DNA of 64,000 bases, from assembly GCA_951406725.2 (NCBI GenBank), contig OX597829.1, positions 32,240,001-32,304,000 of the forward strand. Direction: 5' to 3'. Each line of letters opens with the position of its first letter. Within the stretch, counting starts at the first letter, position 1. This DNA is from Octopus vulgaris. Taxonomy: Eukaryota. Of the stretch, positions 38,201 through 51,800 are shown one piece after another. Both the position numbers and the translations under genes were made by a program. A model generated the notes under the pieces. The model saw only the letters and a program-made list of their open reading frames with translations, searched no databases and was not told the DNA's origin.

Positions 38201-41200
38201 AAAACATGAAAAAGATGTTCATCAGTTTTATTTTATTCTAGTGGTTGATCTGTGTTAGCTTGAAAATATCATTAACTATGTTTAAATATTAACTGTTTAT
38301 GTATTCAATGATTTTCTTTTTTACATACATGTTGGAGTTTGATTAGATGTAATTTACATTTAGCCGTTGATTTACATATTAATAATATAATTAATTGATG
38401 ATTAACCCGCTTTTATCTGTTAACTTTAGCAAGCTGTTAATGTTAAAAAATATTTTCTATATAGATGGAATCTGATGTGTTATTTAATCTTTTCTTAAAA
38501 AAAAAAACATTTTCCACTCCAATCCTTCACTAAATCCACATTTCTGGAAATTTTAAAACCGTTGGAAAGTCTTAATTCAAACTTAATCAGGACAAACTTT
38601 TGTCATTTACACCATGTTTCTGTCTTTAAAATTAAAAGAATTTCCATTTCTTTTGTCCCCATTCTTTAGTCTCTAAAATATAATTGTCACAGAATGTTTC
38701 ATAATAGCACATTTTTTTTTTTATTTATCCACCAAGTCAGTTTAAATTGCCTCCTGATACCAAACAGGAGTTCTTGATATTTTGTTTTTGTTTTGGTCAC
38801 TTTTCACATATCATTGTCATTTCATTCTCTTTTATCAACTGATGTAGATGGCACTTTATTTTGTGCTTTTTTTTTTTATGAAGTTCAGCAAAAATTGTGA
38901 TTTTTGGACCAGTTTGATGCCTGGTAATTTAAAGAACAATTTACCAACTTCTGCAGAGTTATTTCATTGGACTTAGAAAAATAATTCTAGTATAAACACT
39001 TTCATTTCGTTGTTTTTTTTCTTTTAGATAAAATTAAGATAAATCAACAAAATACTTATACTTCCATTCCTCCCACACCAAACTTTTGCTTTTGTATCAC
39101 TGCTTATTTTATTGGACTTTTTGATTTTTTTTTTCTCTTTATTTTCGAGAACTGCAGTGTTAAAGGCATTCAGCTGTTTTTATTACTTGTTTTGGCAATT
39201 TTATTCTTTCTTTCTCTTTCACTAAGTTTTTTGTCTCTTCTTCACTTTGTGTTTTTTTTGTTATTTTTTGTTGTGCTATTTACTCTCTCATCTCTTCCTA
39301 TCTTTCACTTTTTCTTTGTCTATCTTTGTTGCCTCTCTACATTTTTCTTTCTGTATATGTCATCAGCTTCGTTACAAATGTAAAGTGCTGCTACATTTAT
39401 ATTTAAATGCTTCATTTCTCTTTCCAATCTTTGCTTACCTTGCGGCTTACTTTACTTTACTTGCGACGGTAAGTCATTCTTCAACTATTTGTAAATAATT
39501 CTAGAGGAGTTTTATCAGCTCTTTGTCTCATTCTCCACCCCTCTTCTATGTCCTTCCTATTTGTCTTTATCTTTCTCATACTTTGAATTCTCAGCCATGT
39601 AGAAATATTTCCTTATTGGTAGTGTCGACCTTTTTAGTTGTCATTAGTCGTATTTCTTCTCCCTTTGCTTATTGTGACCAAGTACACATGTAAACCAACT
39701 TTTTGTCTACTCTCCTTACACATACCCAAAAGCATGCTTATTTATTGTATGTAGCAATGTAATGTACATGTTACATCATGTGCTTTCTCTAGTTTGATTT
39801 TTTTTTTTAACTTTAAATTTTGTTATTAAACTAAAAATTTGAAGTTTTAATGACGAACTGTATAAAGTGAATTGAAGATTTTGATATTGTTACCGATATG
39901 TGTTATAGTTTTAACTATAAGGGCTGCTTATGGTAGTTTTCAATGGATCATTTTGATTTTTCAATGCTACTATTATGGAATATTATGAATGTCAACAAAA
40001 AAATGGACCTCAAAATAAACAAATATGAAATGGAAAAAATAGTGATTTTCTTTACATGCAAATTAAAATCAGTTGGTCATAGCATTTGTTGAAAAACTTT
40101 GGTCACCTGTGTTCATATGACACTACAATCACAGAAGTAACTGATTCAATTATTGCTTCGGGCATGGCCATTCCATCTTTACTGCATATTTTGGACTTGT
40201 TGTAGAAAACAGTACACATTTTGTAGTAATTTGACTTAGGTAACAGGTAACCACCAAGTCCTTCAACAAAGAAATTCTCTGGTTCATTTGGTCCCTATTT
40301 TAATGACATTAGGAAAATTTAGTTATACTGAGCAGGTCATTTAATTTCAATGGATCTCTATGAATGACCCATACATTTCATAATTTTATTAAATGAAAAG
40401 AAATTGAGGAAGCAGCTCACTCTATACAAGACACTGTCAGTTTTTTTCTTTTTATATACTTATACAAGTAATTGATTAGCTAAAACATTATAGTAAGTGG
40501 TGTTATAATATATAATGGGCTTGCAGTTTTGTGAAGTTACAATTTAAAATCAGCCAAAGTACAATTGAAGTAAAAATTAAATATACAACTTTATTGTATT
40601 GCTGTATGAAGGTTGGCTGAAAAATTCGTAGGCTGATCAAGATACTCTCATGGAATGTGACCAAATGAGGTTTATTTTTTAACGTTGTCCCCCTTGAGGT
40701 CTACACACTTCTTCCATCAGTGTTGCAGTGCTTGGGTCCCATTGGTCAAAAAAAGTCATCAACAACAGATATGATGGTATCATCACTGTGATACTTGTTC
40801 CCAGCCAAGTCTTTTCCCATGTTGGGGAACAGATGAGTCTGATGGGGCTAAATTAGGAGAATAGGTAGGGTGACCAACCATTTCAAAGCCAGTCATGCAC
40901 AGGAGCCATTGAGAGCAAGGACTTGTGTGCTGGAGCATTGTCCTAATGAAACAAGGCCCCTTTTGTCAGTTTTTCTGGGAGTTTGTTCTTGATGTCCTTC
41001 CATAACTGCCTCAACAAGTTGGCATAATACTTCCATTGATCATGTAGCCCTTCTGAAGAGTCAATAAACACAATACCTTTTGCATCTCAAAACACTGAGG
41101 CCATCACTTCCCCTGCATATGAAATGACTGTGGCCTTCTTTGGAGCAGGTGGGGCGGGATGTTTCCATTGCATAGATTATCTCTTTGTGCCTTACTCAGT

Positions 41201-42852
41201 GATGAACCTGGATTTGCCTGAAACAATGTCAGATTTTCTTGTGATGTGACGTGATCAGCCTGGTGTGCTTTTGATTAGGTGTCAGATGTGGCACCTGCCA
41301 AGCAGAAACCTTTGTCATGCCAAGTCCATTGTGCAAAAGGTTTTCAACTCTTACGGGATATGCTAATAGCATTGGCTATTTGATTTATAGTCATTTGGCT
41401 GTCATACATCACCATGTGGTGAACATAATGTTTTCTTCGATGGTGACAGTTGCAGACGTCATCTTCAAGATTCTCCCTTCCCCTCGTATATTCAGCTGTC
41501 CATTTTTGCAGTTGATAAAGCTGGAGAGTCATCCCCTAATGCAACAACCATGTTAGCATGAATGTTGATGGGAGCCAAACCATTTTTTTCTGCAGGTACT
41601 TGATAATACCATGATGTTAAATTTTGTCTGTTTTCAAAATAAGTTGCTACTGGTTATTTTTGAAATCTTTGAACAGTCAAATGTCAGTTTACCTGGTAAG
41701 AAACTATATAGTTATTAATAAAGAGTTGAAATTGATACATACAAAATTTCACAGCTCCTACATCACTCCTTCATAGCATATGAACTTCTCAATCCACCCT
41801 TGTATATATGTGTACAAACACTTTGAACAAAAACGAGAAAAAGCCAAATGAACATTGATTAGGAAGGTTGCTTTTCGACTTAGTCAGAGGGAAAAAGAGC
41901 AGTACCCTTGACTCTTTTTTTTTCCTTTTTTTTTTTTTGGAGAAATGACCATAACTGGCAAGACAAAGTTCTCAGACATGTTTTTAGAATGCATACAGCA
42001 GATTACATTCAGCTAAAAGTACCAATAAGCCAAGCGGTGGTGTTAAACTGAGTGGTGGATTAAATCTACCACCTACCCAAGAACAGAAGTGGCCTCCCTG
42101 AACAGGTTTCCACATGATTTCCATCTACCAAGCTTAGATCACCTTTAAACTATGATGCAAAAATGTATACTTGCTCAAGATGCTGTGTAGTTGAATTGAA
42201 TCTAAAACTACATAGTTGAGAAGCAGTCTTCTAAATTACATGCTCATTTTGTTAGAAGAGGTTTTTTTTTTTGTTCAGATGCCTTTCTCATCTACTAAAA
42301 CCATTATGAAGTTCAAGTGGTACATGCATTCATATATGATTTATTTAACTGTGTCTGTCTCAAAATGTCTTGGGTACAGAGTTCTTAGCTACAAGCTATT
42401 AAATAAATTTAAAAAAAAACTTTATTCAATAACCACATCAACTGATAGAAAATCAATTGGTTGAGGCTTATGCATGGCAGGAATGTTTGGGAAATTAAAA
42501 ATATAAATGCTTGATATTTTGACCATTTGAAAATGTTGCATGTATCATGCAGTTCTCTTTTTGGAGTGTCTAATATTTTTCCTTTGAGTTGTTGTTGAAG
42601 ATTATTATTATTATTTCTTTCTTTTCATGCATTTGCACTATTTTACACCCCACCTATACATCACCTAGTGATTATTTATATTATTTATACATAATAGGTG
42701 CAGATGTGATTGTGTAGTAAGATGTTTGCTTCCCCACTGTGGTTTGGGGTTCAATCCCACCTCTTGGCACCTTGGGCGAGTTCCTTCTACTATAGCCTTT
42801 GTTTGACCAAAGCCTTGTGTGTGGATTTGGTGGATGGAAACTGAAAGAAGAC

Positions 42853-42885
<33 letters not shown>

Positions 42886-45800
42886 TTATGTTCTTGTAAC
42901 TTAATTCAACAAGAAACCAATAGAATAAATACCAGGCTTTAAAGAAAAAAATGTACTGGGGTTGATTCATTTGACTAAATTTCCTCAAAGTGGTGCCTTA
43001 GCATGGCTGTAGTCTAATGACTGGAACAAGTAAAAGATAATGAAATTCATTTCCATCAAATATATATTATATATGGGCATATTATATATATATACACACA
43101 CACATACATATACATATATATGTATGATGTATGTATTATAAGAATGTATCGTAGGCCCTAGCTCATATCTGAGCATTGGGTTTGTCAGTTTCCATCTAAT
43201 CTCCTTGGCTGGTGTTTGTGCTGAAAGTGACTTTGGGGTCCAAGTCGGTGGTGAAAGAGTCGTGGGCAGAACTCGCACGGGATGGTCAGTCGAGGATGTT
43301 GAAGACGCTCCTTTCTTTTCCTGTGTTTTGTCTCCCCATTCTATTGCCTGTTCTGCTCAAAGTAGCTGGCTCCATTGTGAACAGTGGTCCTCCAAGCTGT
43401 CCTATATATGGCAATCTGTTTCCATGAATGTTAGCTTGAGCCAAGGTCTGTTTGAGCTGGTCTTTAAAACAGAATTATGGACTTCCTCTGGGTCTTGCTC
43501 CAATTCCAAGTTCTCAGTAGAGCATGATCCTTGGGAGATGAGAGGGCTATATACGCTGGATGTGACCTGCCCAGCAGAGATGGTGGTGAAGAACGGTGGC
43601 TTTGACACTTGGTAGTGAGGTGCGGCGAAGAACCTCCTTGGTAATGTGATTTTCCCATTGTATGTTGAGGATCTGTCATAGCTTCAATTGCTGGAAGCAT
43701 TCAAGGCACTTAAAGTCACAGCGGTACAACATCCAAGCCTCACAAGCATAGTGGAGTTGACAGGACAATGGCACGGAAGTCTATGATGTATTATATGTAT
43801 GTATGATGTATCGTACGTATGGGTGTGATGCATGGATGTGATGCACAGATGTGATGGGATGTGACATGAGGTAGGGATGTGACGTGAGGTAGATCTTGTT
43901 TGTGTTATATGTTGTGTGTGTTAAGTCAGGTCTTCTATTAATAAATTTAGAACTTCATTTCAAAATGGTAGGGTGTGTGTGTTTTCATGAAATGGTATAA
44001 ATATATCGCTTTGAATATTCACATTTAAAACAAGAAACAATTCACATCAACCTTTGATTTCCAAACATTTTATTATCATATTCATCCTGTTCATTTAACC
44101 ATCACAAACTAAACTATTTATTACTTCAGAAATTTCTTTTTTTGTGAATTTTTTACACTATTTAAATCAATCGGTCTATTCTGTAATTACAGCTAGATAA
44201 TTATGGAAAAAGCTGCCTGATATATAGTGTAGAAAATTAACTAATTATATTGGAGTAGTCTAACTATTGGATATCTGAAAGTACTTTAACAATAACACAT
44301 CACAACTATTTAGATAATGAACAATTGAAACCGACTTAGAAACTAACTTTAAAACTAGCACAAACCAAGTCTCTGCATAATTCATAGCAATCAATGCATC
44401 ATATTTAAAATTCTTTTTTGTATTATTTTATAGATGTCCTGTTGCATTTTCTTCTAAATTTAAACTTTAAAAAATAAAAATAATCAGATTTAAAAAAAAA
44501 AAACTAGTTATATTTTGGTTGTATCTTATTTTTTCTGTCAATTAAATGCATAAACTTTGGAAACAGTAGTTTAAAATAAATTCATAATTTCTGATTTCAG
44601 TATTAGACCGTACACCAAATGCTATAATTCCAAACACACCTGAGCTTGATGAACCTGCAGAAGCTCTAAGCCAAGCTAATGCAGCAAATAAAAAGAACGT
44701 CAAGTATGTTTTTCTTTATTATTATTATCATTATTATTGTTGTTGTTTATAGAAGTGGATTGACAGAACCATTATTGTTGAGAGAATTTTTTTTTTGCTC
44801 TTTACATTCTGTGATCAAATCCAACTTAGGTTAATTTTGCCTTTCATCTTTATAAGTTAAAATATATTAGTCAAGGAGTGGGGTCAATAGTATCAAACAA
44901 ACCTTCCCCTCAAAATTGTTAAGCTTTTGCTTAAATCAAACTCATGATAAATATCTTAAGGCAGTGAACTAGCAGAATTGTTAGAACGTAAAAATCCCAG
45001 CAGAAATGCTTCTAAGTATTTTGTTCAATGTGCTAAGTTCAAATCCCATGGAGGTCAACTTGGCCTTTAATCTTTCTGGGAATGATAAAGTACCAATTGA
45101 GGACAGTGGGGTTGATGGTATTGATGAACCCCATCCCTTCAAGATTGTTGGCCTTTTACTTAATTTAGAAACCATTATTATCTCTCTATATATAAACGGC
45201 AGTTTGTCTGTGTGTGTTTCTGTGTGTCTGTTTGGTTGTACCCTCACTCTGACCACGGCTTTCAACCGATTCTGATGAAACTTGACACACACATAGCCCA
45301 ATGTCATAATTCAAAACTAACGCAGCGAAAATTTTGAAAAGTTCCCCCAGTTCTGAAAAAGATCGATAAATTCAACATGGGGTCGACAATCAGAAACACA
45401 AACCACAGATGGTCTAGGGGACGCAACTCGACCTTTTTAACTATCAAAAAAACATTTACCATCATTTTCCCCCCATTTTTTGGCTATAACTCTCTAAAAA
45501 TGCTTTATAGTTATTTCCCTTACAAACCCGAGCAATGCTAGTCATCATCATAAATAATTTTGTTAAAAATGAATTATTGGTTTTGTATAGGTGGAGACTT
45601 CATAATCAGTAAGGCTTTGGATAAAACACCTGACAATATTGAATTTTATTCCTCACTATGAGCTTGCCAGGGTTAAATATGCCATCTCATCTTTTCCAGT
45701 CACCGTAAAATACCAATGGCATCATCATACTGTTGAATCAGCTATACACCCTTTTCAAATTTATAGCCTTCTACCTCTGTAAGATATAGCTGTTTCTAGA

Positions 45801-48800
45801 TTTGTAAAGTACAGTCTAGTTCAGGTCCTTCATCACAGTCCTCTTACTTATATGCAATAAAAGAACAGCTATTGACTGTTTTACATGTCCAATAGCTTCA
45901 ATGTCTTTCTTGTTGAGTGATTCCTCCATCCATTTTTATGCCATTGATGACAGAAAACAAATAGAAAACTGATGGCAAGATAATGTGTGTGCAAGGGTTT
46001 TGTTGACTTATTAGTTCTTGTGATTTCTCATGTTTTTGTCTCACTTCTAGCCATTTTAAAGATTGTCTTCAACTAGTCTCTGTATAACAGCAGTAAAGAC
46101 ATTCATGTGATTTTCTTCTCAGTGGTAAATTTGCTGAAGGGTTTTTGACAAAGAAACCTCTTCTTTCTTTCTAACCACCTGGTCCTATTCACTGCAGTCG
46201 GTGTTTGATTATGGATTCTGTACTTCACCTGTTGTTTTTTTTTTTTAGGGATAGCTTTTTTTTTTATGAAAAAACTTATCAACAATAAAGTGTCCATGTT
46301 TCACAACTGTATAATAACTGCTAAAAAGAAATTTCATTTGAAAGCTTTTCAAATTCAAAGATTGCCATGTCAACAGTATATTATGCAGATAGTAATTTCT
46401 TCCCAAGACAACTAACAAAGTCAATACTACTCCACCTTTGGTTGATGGGGGTGTTGTCTTGAGTGTAATTTGTCACCTCAGTAGTGCTAGTGCTATAACA
46501 AAAGCACTTTCCACTAAGTCGAGGGGTCTTGTTTTGTGAGTACTTTGAAATCTCAGTAGTACTGATGTCATGACAACACTCAGTCCACTCTGTAAGGTGG
46601 TTTACTTTAGGAAGAGCATCCAGGCTCATTGATTCCTGTCAAACTATTAAATCCATATGCTGTCAAGTGAAGCTTGAAATAAATTTTATTCTACTCTTAG
46701 TACAGGGTTCACCCCTTGGTACACATTGTTATTTTCATACTTGTTTCAAAATAACACAATGTATTTTCTGTGCTGTAGAGTAGTTGCAAAGGGTATTCGG
46801 CAATAAAAATAATCAGTGAATGAGTTTGTGTGTGTGTGTGTATGCACATAAATATGTGATGGTTATTTGCTGTGTGTGCATGTACGCATTTTCATAAATA
46901 TACAGTAGTTTGATATAATATGATATCCATATTTGGTAACAAAGCATAGAATTCAATTGTCTCTCTTCATTTATTTAGCAAATTAAATTTTAAAAAGGTC
47001 TTTTTCTAAGGAGTCATTGTTTTTTTTTGTTTTTTTTGCTTGCAGAATAAATAATGAATCTATATACAATGAGTTTGCAATGCAAGATTCAGATCTCATA
47101 GGTGATGTTGACTTTGGTGCTGATATAACTGGTAAGTAGGTGTTTTTGTTAATTAACCTTATTGTTGATGCTAAGGAGCCGATTGATATATTTATTATAC
47201 TTATATATTCTTTTGATGAATATTCTTGAGAAACTTTGAAGGTGAGAAGGGACGAATGAGGGCGGGGGAAGGTAAAACTTAAGTTTAAGACAATATTTGA
47301 ATAATATATTCAGTTAAGTTTGATGTAAGAATTTTTGTGTTTTGAGCCAGTTATTTTCTTTCACTGACTCACTCATGCAGTTCCCAATTTGGGATAGTAC
47401 TTTGGCAATATGGCTAACAAATTTTAGCATTCTTGATTCTTTGTCACTGTGCAACACATTAGGCAAGTGCTTTTCACAGTGCCTTGTGAATGAAAATTGG
47501 TATATGGAAACCTGTCATAATATTTGAATAGTGAATTTTATGAGTAATTAACCATTCAATGAATAGTGATCAATAAAATATAAATTGGGAACTGATCATC
47601 ATCATCATCATCATCATCATCATCGTTTAACGTCCGCTTTCCATGCTAGCATGGGTTGGACGGTTCAACTGGGTCTGGGAAGCCCGAAGGCTGCACCAGG
47701 CCAGTCAGATCTGGCAGTGTTTCTACAGCTGGATGCCCTTCCTAACGCCAACCACTCCGTGAGTGTAGTGGGTGCTTTTTATGTGCCACCGGCACAGGTG
47801 CCAGACGAGGCTGGCGAACGGCCACGCTCGGATGGTGTTTTTTATGTGCCACCGACACAGGTGCCAGACGAGGCTGGCGAACGGCCACGTTCGGATGGTG
47901 TTTTTTTATGTGTCACCGACATAGGTGCCAGGCGAGGCTGGCACGGCCACGATCGGATGGTGTTTGTTACGTGCCCACAGCACGGGGGCCAGTCGATGCG
48001 GTGTGGCTACGGCCACGTTCGAATGATATTCTTATGTGCCACTGGCACTGGTACCACAATAATACAAATTCCATTGATGTTCATCGATTTTGATTTGGTT
48101 TGATTTTCACTTGCCTCAACAGGTCTTCACAAGTGTCCCAAGAAGGAAGTTATGCAAAAAGTGTGAATACTGTGCTGAAGCACAGTCTTAGTCCAAGGAC
48201 TGTAAATTAGTGATGAAAGTTCCTTGAGTGGATAATTATGACCTTTTGGTAATTTCAAGTAAAAACAGCTTTGATATAAATTACTATCAACCAGTAGACA
48301 CTTATTCAATAGCCTCTGTATACTTCAACCCATAAGCTTGCAATAGGGGGTAGTGGTGGTCATAAACAAACTTCTAATTTTTATATTTGCAGTCAGTGTC
48401 TTTTGATTGTTTTTTTCTTAAAGTCGACATTCTTACCATTTTATACAGGTAGTGCAGTCAATCCTGGAGAATATGCTTCCTCAGGTATTTATAATTTTTT
48501 CATATTCTATATATAACATATTCATTTGGTTTCAATCAATGATGAGTTATGTGTTTATAGATTTCAAGTTACATTGTGCATGTTTTGTATTGTCTTAATT
48601 TGTTAATAATTTGTCTTTGTGAATTAAAATTTTTTTTTCTCCCCATATGTTTGTCAAATTGGCTAGTTCAGTTTTGGAGATAAATTCTCATGTATTTCAT
48701 TAATGAAATCTAAAAAAAAATTTTATTTAATTTCGCTGGCAATTTTTTAAATTTATTTTTTCATTTTCATAAGGTTCCATGGAAAGTGTGAAAGAAATTC

Positions 48801-51800
48801 TGTATATTTCCTTGAAAAAAAAAAACTGGTTTTATCTTTTCATTTGTTTCTAAATCTAATTTACAATTCTTGCGTATCTCATGTTGAGATTTTTTTTTTA
48901 GTTATTTACTCATTATTTTACTCCTTTATGATATCAGATTTTCATTATTTTAACACAATGGGAATAACATTGTTCAATGTTTTTTATTTTATTTTTTTTA
49001 TGTTTAAAATCACATCAAGTGGTTATTTAAATATTTATTTTCTACGATCTTTAACATTTATTAATGTTCATTTTCTACTATCTTTGACATTATCATCTCA
49101 TTTCCTCATTTGTTACTAATTTCAGTTGGATATCTTGAAGTTTACTATGCTGCATTGAAAATAAAAGAAAAATTAAATTATGTTCCACTGCATGGCATCT
49201 TGGGCAAGTGTCTTTGATAGCCCTAGGTCTATAAATGCCTTATGAGTGAATTCAGTAGACCGAAACTACAAGAAAGCCTTTTGACTTGTGTGTGTGTGCG
49301 CGTGCCTGCGTGCATGTGTTGGATTTCTCACTGCTTGGCAACTAGTGTAAGTTTGTTCCACTGGTTTGGCTGATAGAAGTACCAGATTTTCATACTGGAA
49401 TTGATGTGATCAACTGAGAAAATCCTTTGAGGTAGTGTCCCAGCATGACTGCAGTCCAATGACTAAAACATGTAGAATAAAAGAACATAATTGTTATTTA
49501 CTCATATGAAAACGTATTGCAGTCATGTGAATGCATGCATGAACATTATTTTTAATTTTGAAATTTTTTGATGCAGTGTGGTAAACTTTGGGCTATTCCA
49601 CATTTCTGCAACAATTGTGTCACAATGCTTTTCAGCATTTAGTTTGAGCCCTATTTTCTAGATAAAATCTCCTGGGGAATTAGCCATAATATTTCTATTT
49701 GAAATCAGTAAAGTAAAAGTAATTAAACTTGGGTTTGGTTCACTGATGTTATCCTCATTGAATTTGTCTTTTACCAATGTAAGGAGTTGGCAATGATTAA
49801 GGTGCTAGGCTAAAATCCCATTTTCACTTAATTGCATACTGAGTTCATGAGTTGCTAGTGTCAACTTTTTCTCTCATCTCAGAGGTTGATAAAATACTAC
49901 CTCTTATTAATGCATAGTAATTGTAAGACCATCGTCTCTATTTAAATCTTTGGCTTTGTTTGTCAGGGAGAGAAATACAGTGGCTGCCAACTTTATACTT
50001 CTCAACATTGCATGCTGCCTCCCTATAAATCACCTGTTTCCACTATGTGTTATAGTTTTCAGGCACTGAAGGCGATGTTGACATTTCTTGTTGCCATTTT
50101 TCTTAACTGTGTACTGCTATCAATGTTAAATGTAGAAAGAAAAGAAGAAAAACAAAAAAAAAATCACCTTACAAGGCAACTATAGAACTACAGTATATAA
50201 AATCTTCGACACTTTCGGTTACAATGTCTCTGGAGATGAATAGAAAAAAAAAAAAACGAATGTATATCTGTTGGTTCTGCAATACTGTTGCTTGATTCAA
50301 CAAATTAAAGTTTAACACTAGAAAGTAAACAATGCACAAATACTGAGAGTCCTTTTGCAAATAGAAAATGAAGGCGGTAACTCTATAGAAGAAATTAATT
50401 AAAAAAGAAGAAAGCAAAAAATATCCAAGAGAAGAGAAGAAAATTATATCATTCTGTTTCACTTTCTTCTGAAAAAGCAAAACTTTTAGATGACTCTTAG
50501 TCATTTTGGCAATACAGCATCAATCACTTTCAATGAACATATTTAGATTCTATATTCTTGGATTCCTTGACTCTCCACTCACCGCACATTTACTGTTTTA
50601 TTATAATCTCACTGCTTGCATTACCATTGTTCTGTTAGGCAAGCCATTCATGTGTTCTTTCCTTTCATTTTATTTATATATATAAACTCAAAAGCACTTT
50701 GCATAAATTGCTATATCTCTGTTAATTTTGTTGTGTGTTTAAGTGTCTGTCAATACTAGTTTGTGCACTTAGGAAAACAAATCTTCAGTTTTTGTATTGT
50801 AAGCTTTTAGTTATGTCTTAGGCTATTGGAATTTCTTTTTCCTGTTTTGATTGGAATTCATATATAGCTTAATTTACGTGTATATACATCTATCAATCTG
50901 TGTGTGTGTGTGTGTGTGTGCATGCTTTACATATTCATATCCATGTGCATGTTTATGCATGTAAATCCATATGCATGTACACACACTATATGTATGCATA
51001 TCTAATTGCATGCATACATATATCAAAATATATTTCTATATTTGTATATATATATATAGCTTTTATCTGCATATTTATGCACTCCCTAATTTCTTAGGGA
51101 TATGCATAAATGTATACATATCAAATTTAAATGCTGTATGTATATGTAATTACATATGTACATTTTTGTGTTTTTATGCACACAAACAAATACAGGGTAC
51201 ACAGTGCAACTGGAAACAAAACAGAAGTTAGACACCATAAGGAAACAACCCTTTCTATAGTAATAAACAGCATATACATTCATCTCAGTACATTACTGAG
51301 ACAAGCTACTTAATAAAACCACCCTTTGTCCAAAAGATGACCCTGTTGTGGCTATGGAAATGATTGCATGACAGTATCTGAAGATTCTTCACATGCATCT
51401 CTCTATACTGACAATTATTCCTTGCCACCAGGAAATGTGTGTATGGGTGGTGGAGGTTTGTTGGCTGTCTTCTGTGGTGATAGATGAAATAGACCAAGAA
51501 GGAAAACTAGGAGATACATGATAGTGAATGTTAGATGATCACACAATTCTCTTGGATTTTGCCTGCCATGAACTTGCCCTTTCTCATCACCTGAAGTTCT
51601 TGTGTGACATCTCTAGAAATTGTTATAGCTTGCTCCTCCTTACTTATCTGTTGTTCTGGTGCAGCACACATCTGATAGTGGATACTGCCACTTGCAGCTG
51701 CTTCTCAATGGCCCTTGTTGACCTGATAGGCTTAGTTGATGTCCTGGATTATATGGGAAAGCGTCCTGATGTTTGACTGCAGAAGATGCTTCTTTCTTTT

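Noticed and set aside
45270-45285. CTGATGAAAC hammerhead-like word
   Set aside because: No room for stem II between CUGAUGA and GAAA; part of the Helitron body.
47771-48056. CRISPR-like array of palindromic repeats; also the 172-aa poly-His ORF at 47585
   Set aside because: Units are tandem with no unique spacers, lie within a eukaryotic SINE, and no cas genes are present; the ORF just translates the (ATC)n tail and VNTR.
48774-48785. 12-nt symmetric microexon candidate (GSME)
   Set aside because: AAG acceptor and GTGTGA donor are weak; expected by chance.
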